Positions 19,837 through 28,708 of a stretch of 64,000 nt of DNA are shown piece by piece (position 1 is the stretch's first letter; every line of letters starts with the position of its first letter). The stretch spans positions 1 through 64,000 of the forward strand of contig OZ242311.1 of assembly GCA_965207885.1 (NCBI GenBank), given 5' to 3'. Both the position numbers and the translations under genes were made by a program. The notes under the pieces were generated by a model, which saw nothing but the letters and a program-made list of their open reading frames with translations, ran no database searches and was not told where the DNA came from. Source of the stretch: Candidatus Latescibacterota bacterium. GTDB taxonomy: Bacteria > Latescibacterota > UBA2968.

Positions 19837-20093
19837 ATATTCTCCTTTCTCGACGCGTTGCGGGACGAGCGGAAATTAAACGGATGTCTTCATTTCGATA
19901 TGTATAAACGACAACCAAAATTCGTCCCAAAAAAATCGGTACCAAGAGTGGCAAATCTTTGCTCTCCCGATTCAATCTCTTCTTTCAAGGTCAATGCCCA
20001 GACATCCTCAAATACGCCAACTGAGTCAGCGAAATCAACACCATGTGCAAGAAAATTTGATTCTGCTTTTTCTGGATCCCATTGATAATTCAT
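19811..20093 (-). pseudogene. BrnT family toxin with +1 frameshift
   Basis: 'YQWDPEKAESN..HGVDF'. Removing one base from the A7 run at 19929-19935 restores 'LGRILVVVYTYR...IRLISARPAT'. Confidence 0.85.
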
Positions 20094-20210
20094 AAAAAAT
20101 ATATGCACAAATGATGCACACGTCAAGGTTATTTGCAAAGGACGTGTGGCTAATGGAAAGACGTGAATTTAGAGCAGTTTGAAAGCGTGGCTGCGTCAAT
20201 ATGTTGACGC

Positions 20211-20275
20211 AATGAGAAAAGGCTACACCCCGAAAGACGTAGCCGTTGTTGTTTATCAGAAGTTATAGATTAAGT
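20211..20275. repeat. Terminator-containing repeat R2
   Basis: Diverged copy of the R1 core; abuts the stop codon of the 20270..20668 gene. Confidence 0.85.
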
Positions 20276-20668
20276 GATAATTTCAGCCTCGCGATAGAAA
20301 ACCTTTCTCAGAAACTGATGCCGTTTTGCCTGATACGGAGAGATGTTATCTTTGTTTTCTCTGCTGTCCTGAAGATCGTCATTAACAATTTCTGCTAAAC
20401 CAACTAATGCGTCCTCCAAACTATCATTACTCCCCGCGATTATATCTGGAGAATCCTTAAAATACACTGCCCACGACCCATCATCAGATTTTTCAGCAAC
20501 GATAGGCCATTGACCAGTAGTAGATAGTATAAATTCCGTTTGTAATTCTATATTTTCAACAGAGGAGCGTAGATTCTCATCTAAATGTAAAGCATTTCTC
20601 CACAACTGATAAGAGAATGGATAGATAGGATTTTCTTCCTGTATTGACTTCACGGTGGCTTCAGCCAT
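20270..20668 (-). CDS. Hypothetical protein, possible HicB-like fold
   Basis: AAGGAGG RBS before MAEATVK; 'WAVYFKDSPDIIAGSNDSLEDALVGL'. Confidence 0.6.
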   Translation of the reverse strand: MAEATVKSIQEENPIYPFSYQLWRNALHLDENLRSSVENIELQTEFILSTTGQWPIVAEKSDDGSWAVYFKDSPDIIAGSNDSLEDALVGLAEIVNDDLQDSRENKDNISPYQAKRHQFLRKVFYREAEIIT

Positions 20669-20889
20669 AACAACCTCCTTCGGTGTCTTTTTCGGGTGGC
20701 CTACATCACCTCTAACGCAGCCCACCCAAAGGCTTTTCACCTGTGCGAGTATAATTTTTTGATAATACGGGATTAGGGATTACAGCGCAACCGATTTTTC
20801 AAAAAATTTCCCAAATCGCTCCACACAAGGCCCGAAAACGAAGTATTGTGAAGTTGCGTAGATCAGGCAGAAAATTTTGCAAGGGTATA

Positions 20890-20947
20890 AGAAAAGGCTA
20901 CGCCTCGAAAGACGTAGCCTTTGTTATTTGCCAGAAGTTATAGATTA
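20890..20947. repeat. Terminator-containing repeat R3
   Basis: Same hairpin plus TTGTTATTTGCCAGAAGTTATAGATT tail. Confidence 0.9.
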
Positions 20948-20975
20948 CGCAAGAATCATCACCACATGGTCAAGC

Positions 20976-21206
20976 GGTACATATCTTTCACCTGACTGCC
21001 CATTCATCGCTCAAAATGTACCCTCTCGCCTTTCATCTGTGCGGCTGTGCGGCCATCTGCAGATTTAAATTCAGATTGTGAACAAGTGCGTAAAATATCA
21101 TATTTAAAGTATTTAGACATATTCTAACACAAATTATCGCTCAATTTTTGGAGAATTACCATTTTTGGCCTGCCATTTGCTTTAGGTCTGAATGTTGCGC
21201 GTATCC
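20976..21206 (+). promoter_or_regulatory. Conserved upstream module with sigma54-type promoter (copy A)
   Basis: TGGCCTGCCATTTGCT (GG-N10-GC at 21167-21180); homologous to 40933-41181. Confidence 0.65.
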
Positions 21207-21241
21207 CACTTACTCACCCCATCAGACGCGAGGTATTTCAC

Positions 21242-21985
21242 ATGGCCAAATACGAAACCATCTCCAAACATCTCATCCAGACCTATCCCAAAGACTTCAT
21301 CCGATTCACGTTTGGACAGGACGATGTAGAAGTTCTGGACATACTCGACACAGAGCAAGACACGGTTGATACACGGCATACCGATAGCCTCATCCGCACC
21401 CATATCGCAGGTGAGGAGGCATTGATACACTACAAATTTCAAACCACTGACGACCCATCTATGCCACGCCGCATGGCTGGCTATATTATGCGTGCGATTG
21501 GGCATCACGGTCTGCCGATTTATTCCAGTGTGATCTACTTGCGGCGCAGTGCAGGTCGGCGCGATCCGGGACGCTATATCCAGGACTTGCCCGGCTATGA
21601 TGTTTTGGTAGAATACAGAGTGATTCGGCTCAGTGAGATAGAAGGACAGGACATTATTGATGGCGGACCTTCGGGCTTGTTTCCGTTCGTGCCTTTGATG
21701 AAACGTCCTGCTGGAATGGATTCGGAGGCGTGGTTGCGTCACTGTGTTGACGCGACGAATGCGCTGCCGATGGATGAATCAATAAAAGTTGACCTTTTGG
21801 GTCGGTTGATGATATTGAGTGGGTTAGAGTATGATTCGACACTAATCAATCGTATTCTATCACAGGAGGGTCTTATGGATGCTATTATGCGTGAATCGTC
21901 TTTTGCACAATACATTAAGCAAGAAGGCATTGAGCAAGGCAGAGAGTAAGGCGGGTAGGCAACGCGCCATTGAAGGTCTCCTTGC
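21242..21985 (+). pseudogene. Rpn/YhgA-like recombination-promoting nuclease family protein, degraded
   Basis: 'YETISKHLIQTYPKDF...DSL...H.KFQT...MPRRM..Y', 'GLFPFVPLM', 'EGIEQG'. TAA at 21947 (likely from CAA), then a frameshift and truncation after 'RQRAIE'. Confidence 0.8.
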
Positions 21986-22071
21986 CTCATACAATGTGTT
22001 GACAATAGATCATGGAAGACCTATTGTAAAAAATCTTAAAGAGATACTCCAACCCAAAGAGAGATGCAGCC

Positions 22072-22371
22072 ATGAAGGCCAGGACACTTAAAGATGAAAT
22101 TTCCGCGTACAACAAATTGTGCGAAGAAGGGCTTGAGCTTGACCACTTTGGTAAGTGGATCATTATCTACGAAGGTGAACTCAATGGGGTCTTTGATACG
22201 GAGGATGAAGCGATACTCGAAGCTGTCAAAAAATTCAGAGACCGCGTTTTCTTGATCCTTCAAGTTGGAGCACCAGAAAGTCTATACAGAAGTGGATTAC
22301 CTACAGTTTTGAGTGCAGCTCCCACTATTAAATTTGAGAGCGCACAATGCCAACAAAATCTACCAAAGTAG
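22072..22371 (+). CDS. DUF5678-like small protein
   Basis: 'EISAYNKL...HFGKWIIIYEGELNGVFDTEDEAI'. Confidence 0.65.
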   Translation: MKARTLKDEISAYNKLCEEGLELDHFGKWIIIYEGELNGVFDTEDEAILEAVKKFRDRVFLILQVGAPESLYRSGLPTVLSAAPTIKFESAQCQQNLPK

Positions 22372-22481
22372 GATTTGAGAATCCGGATGACCTAATCGCA
22401 TCAGGCCCAACAATGATGGTTCTTGTTGGGCTTTCTTATGATGGCACAACTGGAGATGTGAAAATAGAGGTTATGGGATAG
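22347..22481 (+). pseudogene. Truncated partner ORF (possibly retropepsin-like N-terminus)
   Basis: 44-codon ORF overlapping the DUF5678-like gene and ending just before R4. Family assignment is inferred from typical gene pairing only. Confidence 0.3.
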
Positions 22482-22495
22482 ATTGAACAAAAAGA

Positions 22496-22624
22496 AAATG
22501 AGAAAGGCTACGCCTCGAAAGACGTAGCCTTTGTTGTTTGCCAGAAGTTATGGATTGAGTAAACGCGATGTGTGACTTCAAAAGTGAACAAGTCCGAAAA
22601 TAAACTCATTGTGTTGCGTGTGTT
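22496..22624. repeat. Terminator-containing repeat R4 (long form)
   Basis: Direct repeat of R1. Confidence 0.9.
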
Positions 22625-22625
22625 C

Positions 22626-22714
22626 ACGCGACGAATGCTCTGCCAGTGGATGAATCAATAAAGATTGACTGTTTTGGGCAGGTTGATGATATTGAGTAGG
22701 TTAGAGTATGATTC
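22626..22714 (+). pseudogene. Internal fragment of a second Rpn gene
   Basis: Close match to 21750-21837. Confidence 0.85.
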
Positions 22715-22766
22715 AAAGCATGACGAAATACAGGGACACCGCTATTTTCAAAAAACAGGGAGATAC

Positions 22767-23795
22767 ATGGAACGGCAGACATATGTGGTATTTCTCATAC
22801 TTTTTATTTCCACCCCTCTCTTCGCGCTCACGGGTCGCGTCATCAACCAGACCCTCAACCGTCCCGAACCCGATGTCGAAGTCTCGTACATCCTCCATGA
22901 GACTGGAGACGTCACTGTAATGCGCGACACCACCGACAGCAAAGGCCAATTCATCCTCGACGTTCCCTCAGACCCGGGCGCCGAACCACCGCCCATGCTA
23001 TTTGCCCGATACAACGGCATAGACTATCCCGGCAACCCGGCACCCGCGGGCGACACCGTTGACATCCCCGTATTTGAAACCACGGAATCCGACACCGCCA
23101 TATCCCTATCTTCACACCACATCCTCCTCGACGCCCAGGCTGGCACGGCCACGTACATCTTCATCGTCCACAACCACGGCGACCGCACCTACCTCACGGG
23201 CGGCGACCACGGTCACGGCCTGGAAATACCCCTGCCCGACGGCGTAACCGACTTTATCCGCGCACCGCAAGGCGTACACCTGCACGGCACATTGCTCGTA
23301 GATCCGCGTCCCATCATCCCCGGAAATAGCCAGACCTTTTTCACATTCTCCATACCCCCGTCCAACCGCATCGCACAACGCATCACTTATCCCACCGCGG
23401 GCATGGACTTGCTCGTCCAGCCGACTGATACTCCCGTCTCCACAACAGTACTTCGAGACCTCGGGGACGTGACATTGGGCACCAATGTCTTTCGGCGCTT
23501 TGGCGCCGAACAACTCGCGCCCGGCACACAGATCGACATCGCACTCTCATCGCCCGAGACCGCATCCAACTTACAAACCCCAATATGGATCGCTGCTGCC
23601 AGTATGGTCGTTGTCGCAATCCTCGTCCTGTACATGCGCACGCTCAAAACAGTGCCCAATCGGCGCACAATACTGCTCGAACAAATCGCCGACCTCGACG
23701 AGCGATATGAAAGCGGCGAACTCTCAGAAGACGATTACAAAAACAGGCGCAATGCCCTCAAAGCCGAAGTCATTGATCTGTCAGATAGCAACTAA
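22767..23795 (+). CDS. Ccm-associated exported/membrane protein
   Basis: Signal peptide; carboxypeptidase-regulatory-like N-domain; TM; CcmI-like tail 'LLEQIADLDERYESGELSEDDY'; coupled to ccmA. Confidence 0.75.
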   Translation: MERQTYVVFLILFISTPLFALTGRVINQTLNRPEPDVEVSYILHETGDVTVMRDTTDSKGQFILDVPSDPGAEPPPMLFARYNGIDYPGNPAPAGDTVDIPVFETTESDTAISLSSHHILLDAQAGTATYIFIVHNHGDRTYLTGGDHGHGLEIPLPDGVTDFIRAPQGVHLHGTLLVDPRPIIPGNSQTFFTFSIPPSNRIAQRITYPTAGMDLLVQPTDTPVSTTVLRDLGDVTLGTNVFRRFGAEQLAPGTQIDIALSSPETASNLQTPIWIAAASMVVVAILVLYMRTLKTVPNRRTILLEQIADLDERYESGELSEDDYKNRRNALKAEVIDLSDSN

Positions 23796-24505
23796 TGAAC
23801 ACATCGGCCATCGACATACAGAACACAACCCGCCGTTTTGGTCATATCACGGCCCTGCAAAACATAAACCTCACCGTACCAACGGGATGTATTTTTGTAC
23901 TCTTTGGCCCAAATGGAGCGGGCAAAACAACCCTGTTGCGCCTCATCGCCACACTATCAAAACCATCATCGGGCGACATCCGGGTCAGCGGTATAGACAC
24001 CCGGCGCAACCCGCATGAAATACGAAAAAACATCGGATTCATCTCACATCAAACCATGCTCTACGACGACCTCACAGCGCGAGAAAACCTCGCATTTTAC
24101 GGACGCATGTACGGTCTCCAAAACCTCAATACCCGCATTGAAGAAGTCCTCCTCGCCGCTGGCCTGAAAAATCGCCAGCGCGACCGGATACAAAAATTCT
24201 CCCGGGGCATGAAACAGCGACTGGCCATTGCCCGGGCCATCTTACACCATCCATCGATCCTCTTGCTCGACGAACCCTTTACCGGCCTCGACACATCGGC
24301 TCAGTCGGTATTAGCCAGCATAATCACCGACCTCAAAGCAGAAGGACGCACCATCTTCCTGGTCACACACGACCTCGCGCGGGGCCTCGCACTCGCAGAC
24401 CGCTTTGGCATCCTCTTCCAGGGCCAATTGGTACACGAAGCATCGACAAAAGACATCAGTGAATCCGAATTGCAAACCCTCTACGAAAACAAAACCACCC
24501 TTTGA
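23795..24505 (+). CDS. ccmA: Heme ABC exporter ATPase CcmA
   Basis: GPNGAGKT, FSRGMKQR, LLDEP; operon context. Confidence 0.9.
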   Translation: MNTSAIDIQNTTRRFGHITALQNINLTVPTGCIFVLFGPNGAGKTTLLRLIATLSKPSSGDIRVSGIDTRRNPHEIRKNIGFISHQTMLYDDLTARENLAFYGRMYGLQNLNTRIEEVLLAAGLKNRQRDRIQKFSRGMKQRLAIARAILHHPSILLLDEPFTGLDTSAQSVLASIITDLKAEGRTIFLVTHDLARGLALADRFGILFQGQLVHEASTKDISESELQTLYENKTTL

Positions 24506-24507
24506 AA

Positions 24508-25179
24508 ATGCCTCTTTTCTTTACACAAACCCTCGCCATTCTCCAAAAAGACCTCAAAACCGAATGGCGCACCAGAGAACGCCTCAGCGCCATGGCCTTC
24601 TTCGCATTTCTGGTCGTCATCATCTTCAATTTTATATATGAACCCGGATCGCCAATCATAAAAACCGTAGCCCCCGGCATCTTCTGGATCGCCACGGCAT
24701 TTGCAGGGCTACTGGGCCTGAGCAGATCTTATGCCATCGAAACACAAAACGACTGCCTGATGGGATTGCGCCTCACGCCCGCGGACCCGGGCGCGATCTT
24801 TTTGGGCAAAATGCTGGGCAACACCCTCACCATGCTCATACTCCAGGCACTCATCTTGCCCATCATCGTCATCTTCCTCAACCTGGAAATTGCACAGGAA
24901 CTCCCGCGTCTAATTCTGCCCATCTTGCTGGGCACCCTCGGTCTTGCAGCCATTGGCACCCTCTTCTCTGCAATGTCGCTCAACACCCGACTGCGAGAAG
25001 CCTTCTTGCCCCTGCTCACACTGCCCATTTTCATCCCGGCACTTCTCGCAGCCATCGAATCCTTTCGCGCAGTTCTCGAAGGCAGTGAAATCACAGACTG
25101 GCTCGTGCTCAGCGGAGCCTTTGTCACACTCTACATCGCCGCATGCCTGCTCTTATTCGAATATGTCCTGGAGGATTGA
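24508..25179 (+). CDS. ccmB: Heme exporter permease CcmB
   Basis: 'KDLKTEWR', 'PGIFW...FAGLLGL.R', 'LPLLTLP'. Confidence 0.92.
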   Translation: MPLFFTQTLAILQKDLKTEWRTRERLSAMAFFAFLVVIIFNFIYEPGSPIIKTVAPGIFWIATAFAGLLGLSRSYAIETQNDCLMGLRLTPADPGAIFLGKMLGNTLTMLILQALILPIIVIFLNLEIAQELPRLILPILLGTLGLAAIGTLFSAMSLNTRLREAFLPLLTLPIFIPALLAAIESFRAVLEGSEITDWLVLSGAFVTLYIAACLLLFEYVLED

Positions 25180-25181
25180 CA

Positions 25182-25859
25182 ATGCCCCAAAAACCCTACA
25201 TCCTTCCATTTGTCTTCGGCATTCTCGCGCTCATCTGCCTATCTATCGCGCCCTATCTGGTATTCATTTACGCCGGAATAGAAAAAGAAATGGGACTGGC
25301 ACAAAAAATCTTCTACTACCACGTCCCATCTGCTTTCTCAATGTTCTTGGGAAGCTTTCTCTGCTTCGTCTTTAGCATCTTCTATCTCTGGAAACGCGAC
25401 AAAAACTGCGACCTGTGGGCCGCTTGCTCAGCCGAAGTGAGCTTGCTCTTTGGCACCCTGGTCTTAATCACAGGCGCGATCTGGGCAAAACCCATCTGGG
25501 GCGCGTGGTGGGTCTGGGATGCACAACTCACCCTCACCCTCATACTCTGGCTCATTCTCGCGGCGTATCACATGTTGCGCGCCTACCTCGAAGATCCGGT
25601 TCAAAGTGCGCGCTATCGCGCAGTACTCGGCATAATCGGCTTCCTCAACGTACCCTTCATCCACTACGCCACCAAACTGTGGCGCACGCATCACCCGGAA
25701 GTGGTTCGTGGCGAAGAAATCAGCCTGCCCCCCGACATGAAAATCGCTTTTTTCTTTTGCGTCATCACCTTCTTCGCGCTCTTCTTCGCCCTGCTCTTCA
25801 AGCGCGTATCACTCGCAAAAGCACGAGACGAACTCGAATCACTCAAAGCCGAAATATAA
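25182..25859 (+). CDS. ccmC: Heme exporter CcmC
   Basis: 'KIFYYHVP', 'WAKPIWGAWWVWD', 'WRTHHP'. Confidence 0.93.
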   Translation: MPQKPYILPFVFGILALICLSIAPYLVFIYAGIEKEMGLAQKIFYYHVPSAFSMFLGSFLCFVFSIFYLWKRDKNCDLWAACSAEVSLLFGTLVLITGAIWAKPIWGAWWVWDAQLTLTLILWLILAAYHMLRAYLEDPVQSARYRAVLGIIGFLNVPFIHYATKLWRTHHPEVVRGEEISLPPDMKIAFFFCVITFFALFFALLFKRVSLAKARDELESLKAEI

Positions 25860-25878
25860 TTTTTCTACGGAGGCATTT

Positions 25879-26028
25879 ATGCAACACCTCGAATACATGA
25901 CCGCGGCGTACATCATAATATGGGTCGCCATCCTGCTCTACTTCTTAAGCCTGTCCAAACGCGAAAAAGCGATCTGGGAAGAACTGCGCGAACTGCGCGC
26001 CACCATCAACAAAGACAACATCCCATAG
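25879..26028 (+). CDS. ccmD: CcmD family protein (not in ORF track)
   Basis: GGAGG RBS; MQHLEYMTAAYIIIWVAILLYFLSLSKREKAIWEELRELR...; directly after ccmC. Confidence 0.85.
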   Translation: MQHLEYMTAAYIIIWVAILLYFLSLSKREKAIWEELRELRATINKDNIP

Positions 26029-26031
26029 CCC

Positions 26032-26802
26032 ATGGCCATCAAAAACGCCAAAAAAATTCTGAACCTGAAACGCCGCAAAATGCGTCAGGCAGAACAAAAA
26101 TATCTCATAGAAGGCATTCGTCTCTGCGAAGAAGCACTCAAAAGCAGCGACACCCTCGAACAACTCATCTTCTGCCGCGAAAGCATCGCCCGCAACACGC
26201 GCCTCGAAAACCTCTACCAGGCGACTCTCGCACAACGCATCCCCATCCAGCAAACCGACTGGCGCGCCTTCAAACACATGTCAGACACGGACACACCGCA
26301 AGGCGTACTCGGCGTGGTATCAATGCCGACCTATGATCCCAAAACCGTCCTTAACACCAATGGTCCATTCCTCATCCTCGACCGCATCTCTGACCCCGGC
26401 AACCTGGGCGTCATCATGCGAACAGCCGAAGCCGCCGGATGCAAAGGCATCTTTCTCACCCGGGGATCCGTCGAAGTCTATAACCCCAAAGTCGTGCGCG
26501 CCACCATGGGCGCCATCTTTCGCATGCCCGTCTTCCCCCTCCAGGACGGACCCGCCCTGTTACACTCTCTCCGCCAGCGCAACATCCAGATCATCGCAGC
26601 ACACACCAGCGGCATCTCTTTCCACAAACTCCAAACCCAAAATCCCGTTGCCCTCCTCCTCGGCAACGAAGCCTTTGGCATCGATCCCGCCCTCCTCGCC
26701 CTATCCCACCACACCGTCACCATACCCATGGCCGCCCCGGTTGAATCGCTCAACATCGCAGTCGCAAGCGGCATCCTCCTATTTAATCTCTCGCATAAAT
26801 AA
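26032..26802 (+). CDS. TrmH/SpoU family RNA methyltransferase
   Basis: 'DPGNLGVIMRTA', 'GNEAFG', 'ESLNIAVA'. Confidence 0.93.
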   Translation: MAIKNAKKILNLKRRKMRQAEQKYLIEGIRLCEEALKSSDTLEQLIFCRESIARNTRLENLYQATLAQRIPIQQTDWRAFKHMSDTDTPQGVLGVVSMPTYDPKTVLNTNGPFLILDRISDPGNLGVIMRTAEAAGCKGIFLTRGSVEVYNPKVVRATMGAIFRMPVFPLQDGPALLHSLRQRNIQIIAAHTSGISFHKLQTQNPVALLLGNEAFGIDPALLALSHHTVTIPMAAPVESLNIAVASGILLFNLSHK

Positions 26803-26834
26803 AAAACCCACCCGCCATCCTCGCGAGTGGGTTT
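26801..26834. terminator. Intrinsic terminator between convergent genes
   Basis: AAAAAACCCAC...GTGGGTTT. Confidence 0.6.
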
Positions 26835-26854
26835 CTGTGATCCTCATTGTCTCA

Positions 26855-27892
26855 TCAATCAAATTCCGAAAGCTTGACCGTGCGGCCCTCCGACGCCGAA
26901 AGATCAGCGGCAAAATTGACGCGGTGGGTCTCAAAAGCAATATCAAAATTCGTGCGCGGCATCGGCTCATTGGCATTAATACCATCCACAAAAGCCTGGA
27001 ACTGCGGCTCATAGGGATGATCTGCCACATCGCCAGAGTCAATCAGCGATGTCTCGAGCGTACTCCACCTCTCTTTGCTCATACCGTGCAACTTGTGCGA
27101 ATAGATCCGATTATCCAGCAAGCTGCCTTCGGAACCCACAAGATGAATGTGAAAATAATAGGGCTGCAAACAATCGACACACGACGTCACCTTTGCCGCA
27201 TTCCCATTGGCAAATTTGAGAAGAGAAACCGTGGTGGTATCGTATTCATAAGGTTCAAAAATATCGGACCTCGATCTCGTAGCCAGACTGGTCACTTCCT
27301 CCACATCGCCATCCATAAAAAACAGACACGCATCCAGCGCGTGACACCCCGCGGTGAGCAAACTCGACCCGGCAAAATCCTTCTTCACATTCCATTCAAA
27401 TTGACCATACCAGGGACCAATCCCGTGGTAGTAATCAACCTCGCCATAGTGCAACTCGCCGAGCAACCCCTCGTCAATAATCGAGCGAATCATAGAAAAG
27501 TGCGCGCTAAAGCGACACTCAAAACACACACATGATTGCACCCCGGCTGCCACAATCGCATCGCGCACCCGTTTGAGATCCTCATAAGACAGACATATAG
27601 GCTTTTCGATAAGCAAATGTTTGCCCGCCTCGGCAGCCGCAACCGCTTGATCGGCGTGAAATTTGTGTGGCGTGCAAATATCGATAATATGAATATCGGG
27701 ATCTGCGATCATCTCATCATAATTCTTATACGCCTTCAAAGGCGTGCCGTATTCTGCTGCAAGATCATCTTCGTTGTGATCCCGGCGAGAACATATCGCC
27801 GTGACATTTGCACCATTGACCGCCTTAAACGTATCAATATGCGCCCCAGCTACCCAGCCGAGTCCAACAATGCCGACATTGAGATCGCTCAT
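26855..27892 (-). CDS. Gfo/Idh/MocA family oxidoreductase
   Basis: GIVGLG, 'CTPHKFH', 'HLLIEKP', 'GCHALD'. Confidence 0.92.
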   Translation of the reverse strand: MSDLNVGIVGLGWVAGAHIDTFKAVNGANVTAICSRRDHNEDDLAAEYGTPLKAYKNYDEMIADPDIHIIDICTPHKFHADQAVAAAEAGKHLLIEKPICLSYEDLKRVRDAIVAAGVQSCVCFECRFSAHFSMIRSIIDEGLLGELHYGEVDYYHGIGPWYGQFEWNVKKDFAGSSLLTAGCHALDACLFFMDGDVEEVTSLATRSRSDIFEPYEYDTTTVSLLKFANGNAAKVTSCVDCLQPYYFHIHLVGSEGSLLDNRIYSHKLHGMSKERWSTLETSLIDSGDVADHPYEPQFQAFVDGINANEPMPRTNFDIAFETHRVNFAADLSASEGRTVKLSEFD

Positions 27893-27906
27893 GAAAGCCT
27901 CCGTGA

Positions 27907-28095
27907 TTAAAATTTAGGTGTTAAACCGGCCTGTTTACATATTTCGTTAGCAGTGATTCGGTCAATAATTCGGTGACGCTTTATAGGTATCGTTTTGGTA
28001 TCATCTGTATATATAGAATGCTTGCTCCCTTCACGAAGCAGACGAAAGCCGTTCTGTGTGAAATAGCGAATTAAGTCCCGACGCCTAATCGACAT
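27907..28095 (-). CDS. HicA family toxin
   Basis: '[14 protein letters not shown]...IPIKRH..I...[10 protein letters not shown]'. Confidence 0.88.
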   Translation of the reverse strand: MSIRRRDLIRYFTQNGFRLLREGSKHSIYTDDTKTIPIKRHRIIDRITANEICKQAGLTPKF

Positions 28096-28311
28096 TTATA
28101 CCTCTGCCAGGATTTGCCCTACCATGCATTGGGGTTTGGGAATAGGTTTACCCAATTCGCTATAGGCTTGTATCATCTCATTGAGAGCATCTTGTAATAA
28201 TTCTGTGCATTCTTGTATTGTCGCCCCCTCCGTCACCACTTCTGGCCAATCCAACAGTTGCCCCATGTAACCCGACGGAATTGGCGTATAGCAAGCGTTG
28301 TATTGTTTCAT
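28096..28311 (-). CDS. HicB family antitoxin
   Basis: 'GYMGQLLDWPEVVTEG.TI.EC..LL.DAL'. Confidence 0.88.
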   Translation of the reverse strand: MKQYNACYTPIPSGYMGQLLDWPEVVTEGATIQECTELLQDALNEMIQAYSELGKPIPKPQCMVGQILAEV

Positions 28312-28327
28312 TTTAATCGCCTGAGTT

Positions 28328-28356
28328 TGAGCCGGAGCTATCTTTGCTCCGGCTCA
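28328..28356. terminator. Strong hairpin downstream of the Rdx gene
   Basis: TGAGCCGGAGC-tatcttt-GCTCCGGCTCA. Confidence 0.55.
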
Positions 28357-28377
28357 CTTATTTCCAGCATCCCCAAT

Positions 28378-28617
28378 TCACGAAATCCGGCTTTGAATAT
28401 GCGGTTGAATTTCATCGTATTCTGGAAAACGTTTCTCCTTGAGTTTGGAGAACACCAGTTCCCCATCAACCGTAACCTCAAAGCGACCACCGCTGGACGG
28501 AATCAGGGTAATAGCTTCAATATCCTGCTTAAACGCATTGACAATTTGATCCGTCATCCCGACGGATTGTGGTTCATAGCCTCAAGATGCGCAATATTCA
28601 ATTTCTATCCGGGCCAT
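28378..28617 (-). CDS. Rdx (SelW/SelT/SelH-like) selenoprotein, CxxU (not in ORF track)
   Basis: MARIEIEYCAS-U(TGA 28584-28582)-GYEPQ...LIPSSGGRFEVTVDGELVFSK...RFPE; AAGGAGG RBS. Confidence 0.88.
28549..28567 (-). promoter_or_regulatory. Putative bacterial SECIS hairpin
   Basis: ATCCGTC-GGGAT-GACGGAT starting 15 nt 3' of the UGA, with G-rich loop. Confidence 0.7.
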
Positions 28618-28708
28618 GTGACGCCTCCTTTTGAAAAGAGTAAAGAGAGAATGAGCGACCTTGTTAAAGAGGCTCTTCGACATATCATGCCTCCTATATT
28701 ATAACGAA

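Noticed and set aside
20945-21007. 20-aa minus-strand ORF ending at R3
   Set aside because: No RBS; overlaps the conserved non-coding module and its start codon is not preserved in copy B.
17875-22624. R1-R4 as CRISPR repeats or integron attC sites
   Set aside because: Spacing is 0.7-2.3 kb; no RYYYAAC/GTTRRRY ends; no integrase in the window.
22665-22766. N-terminal extension of the 376-aa ORF
   Set aside because: Derived from the Rpn fragment; the likely start is ATG 22767 after GGGAG.
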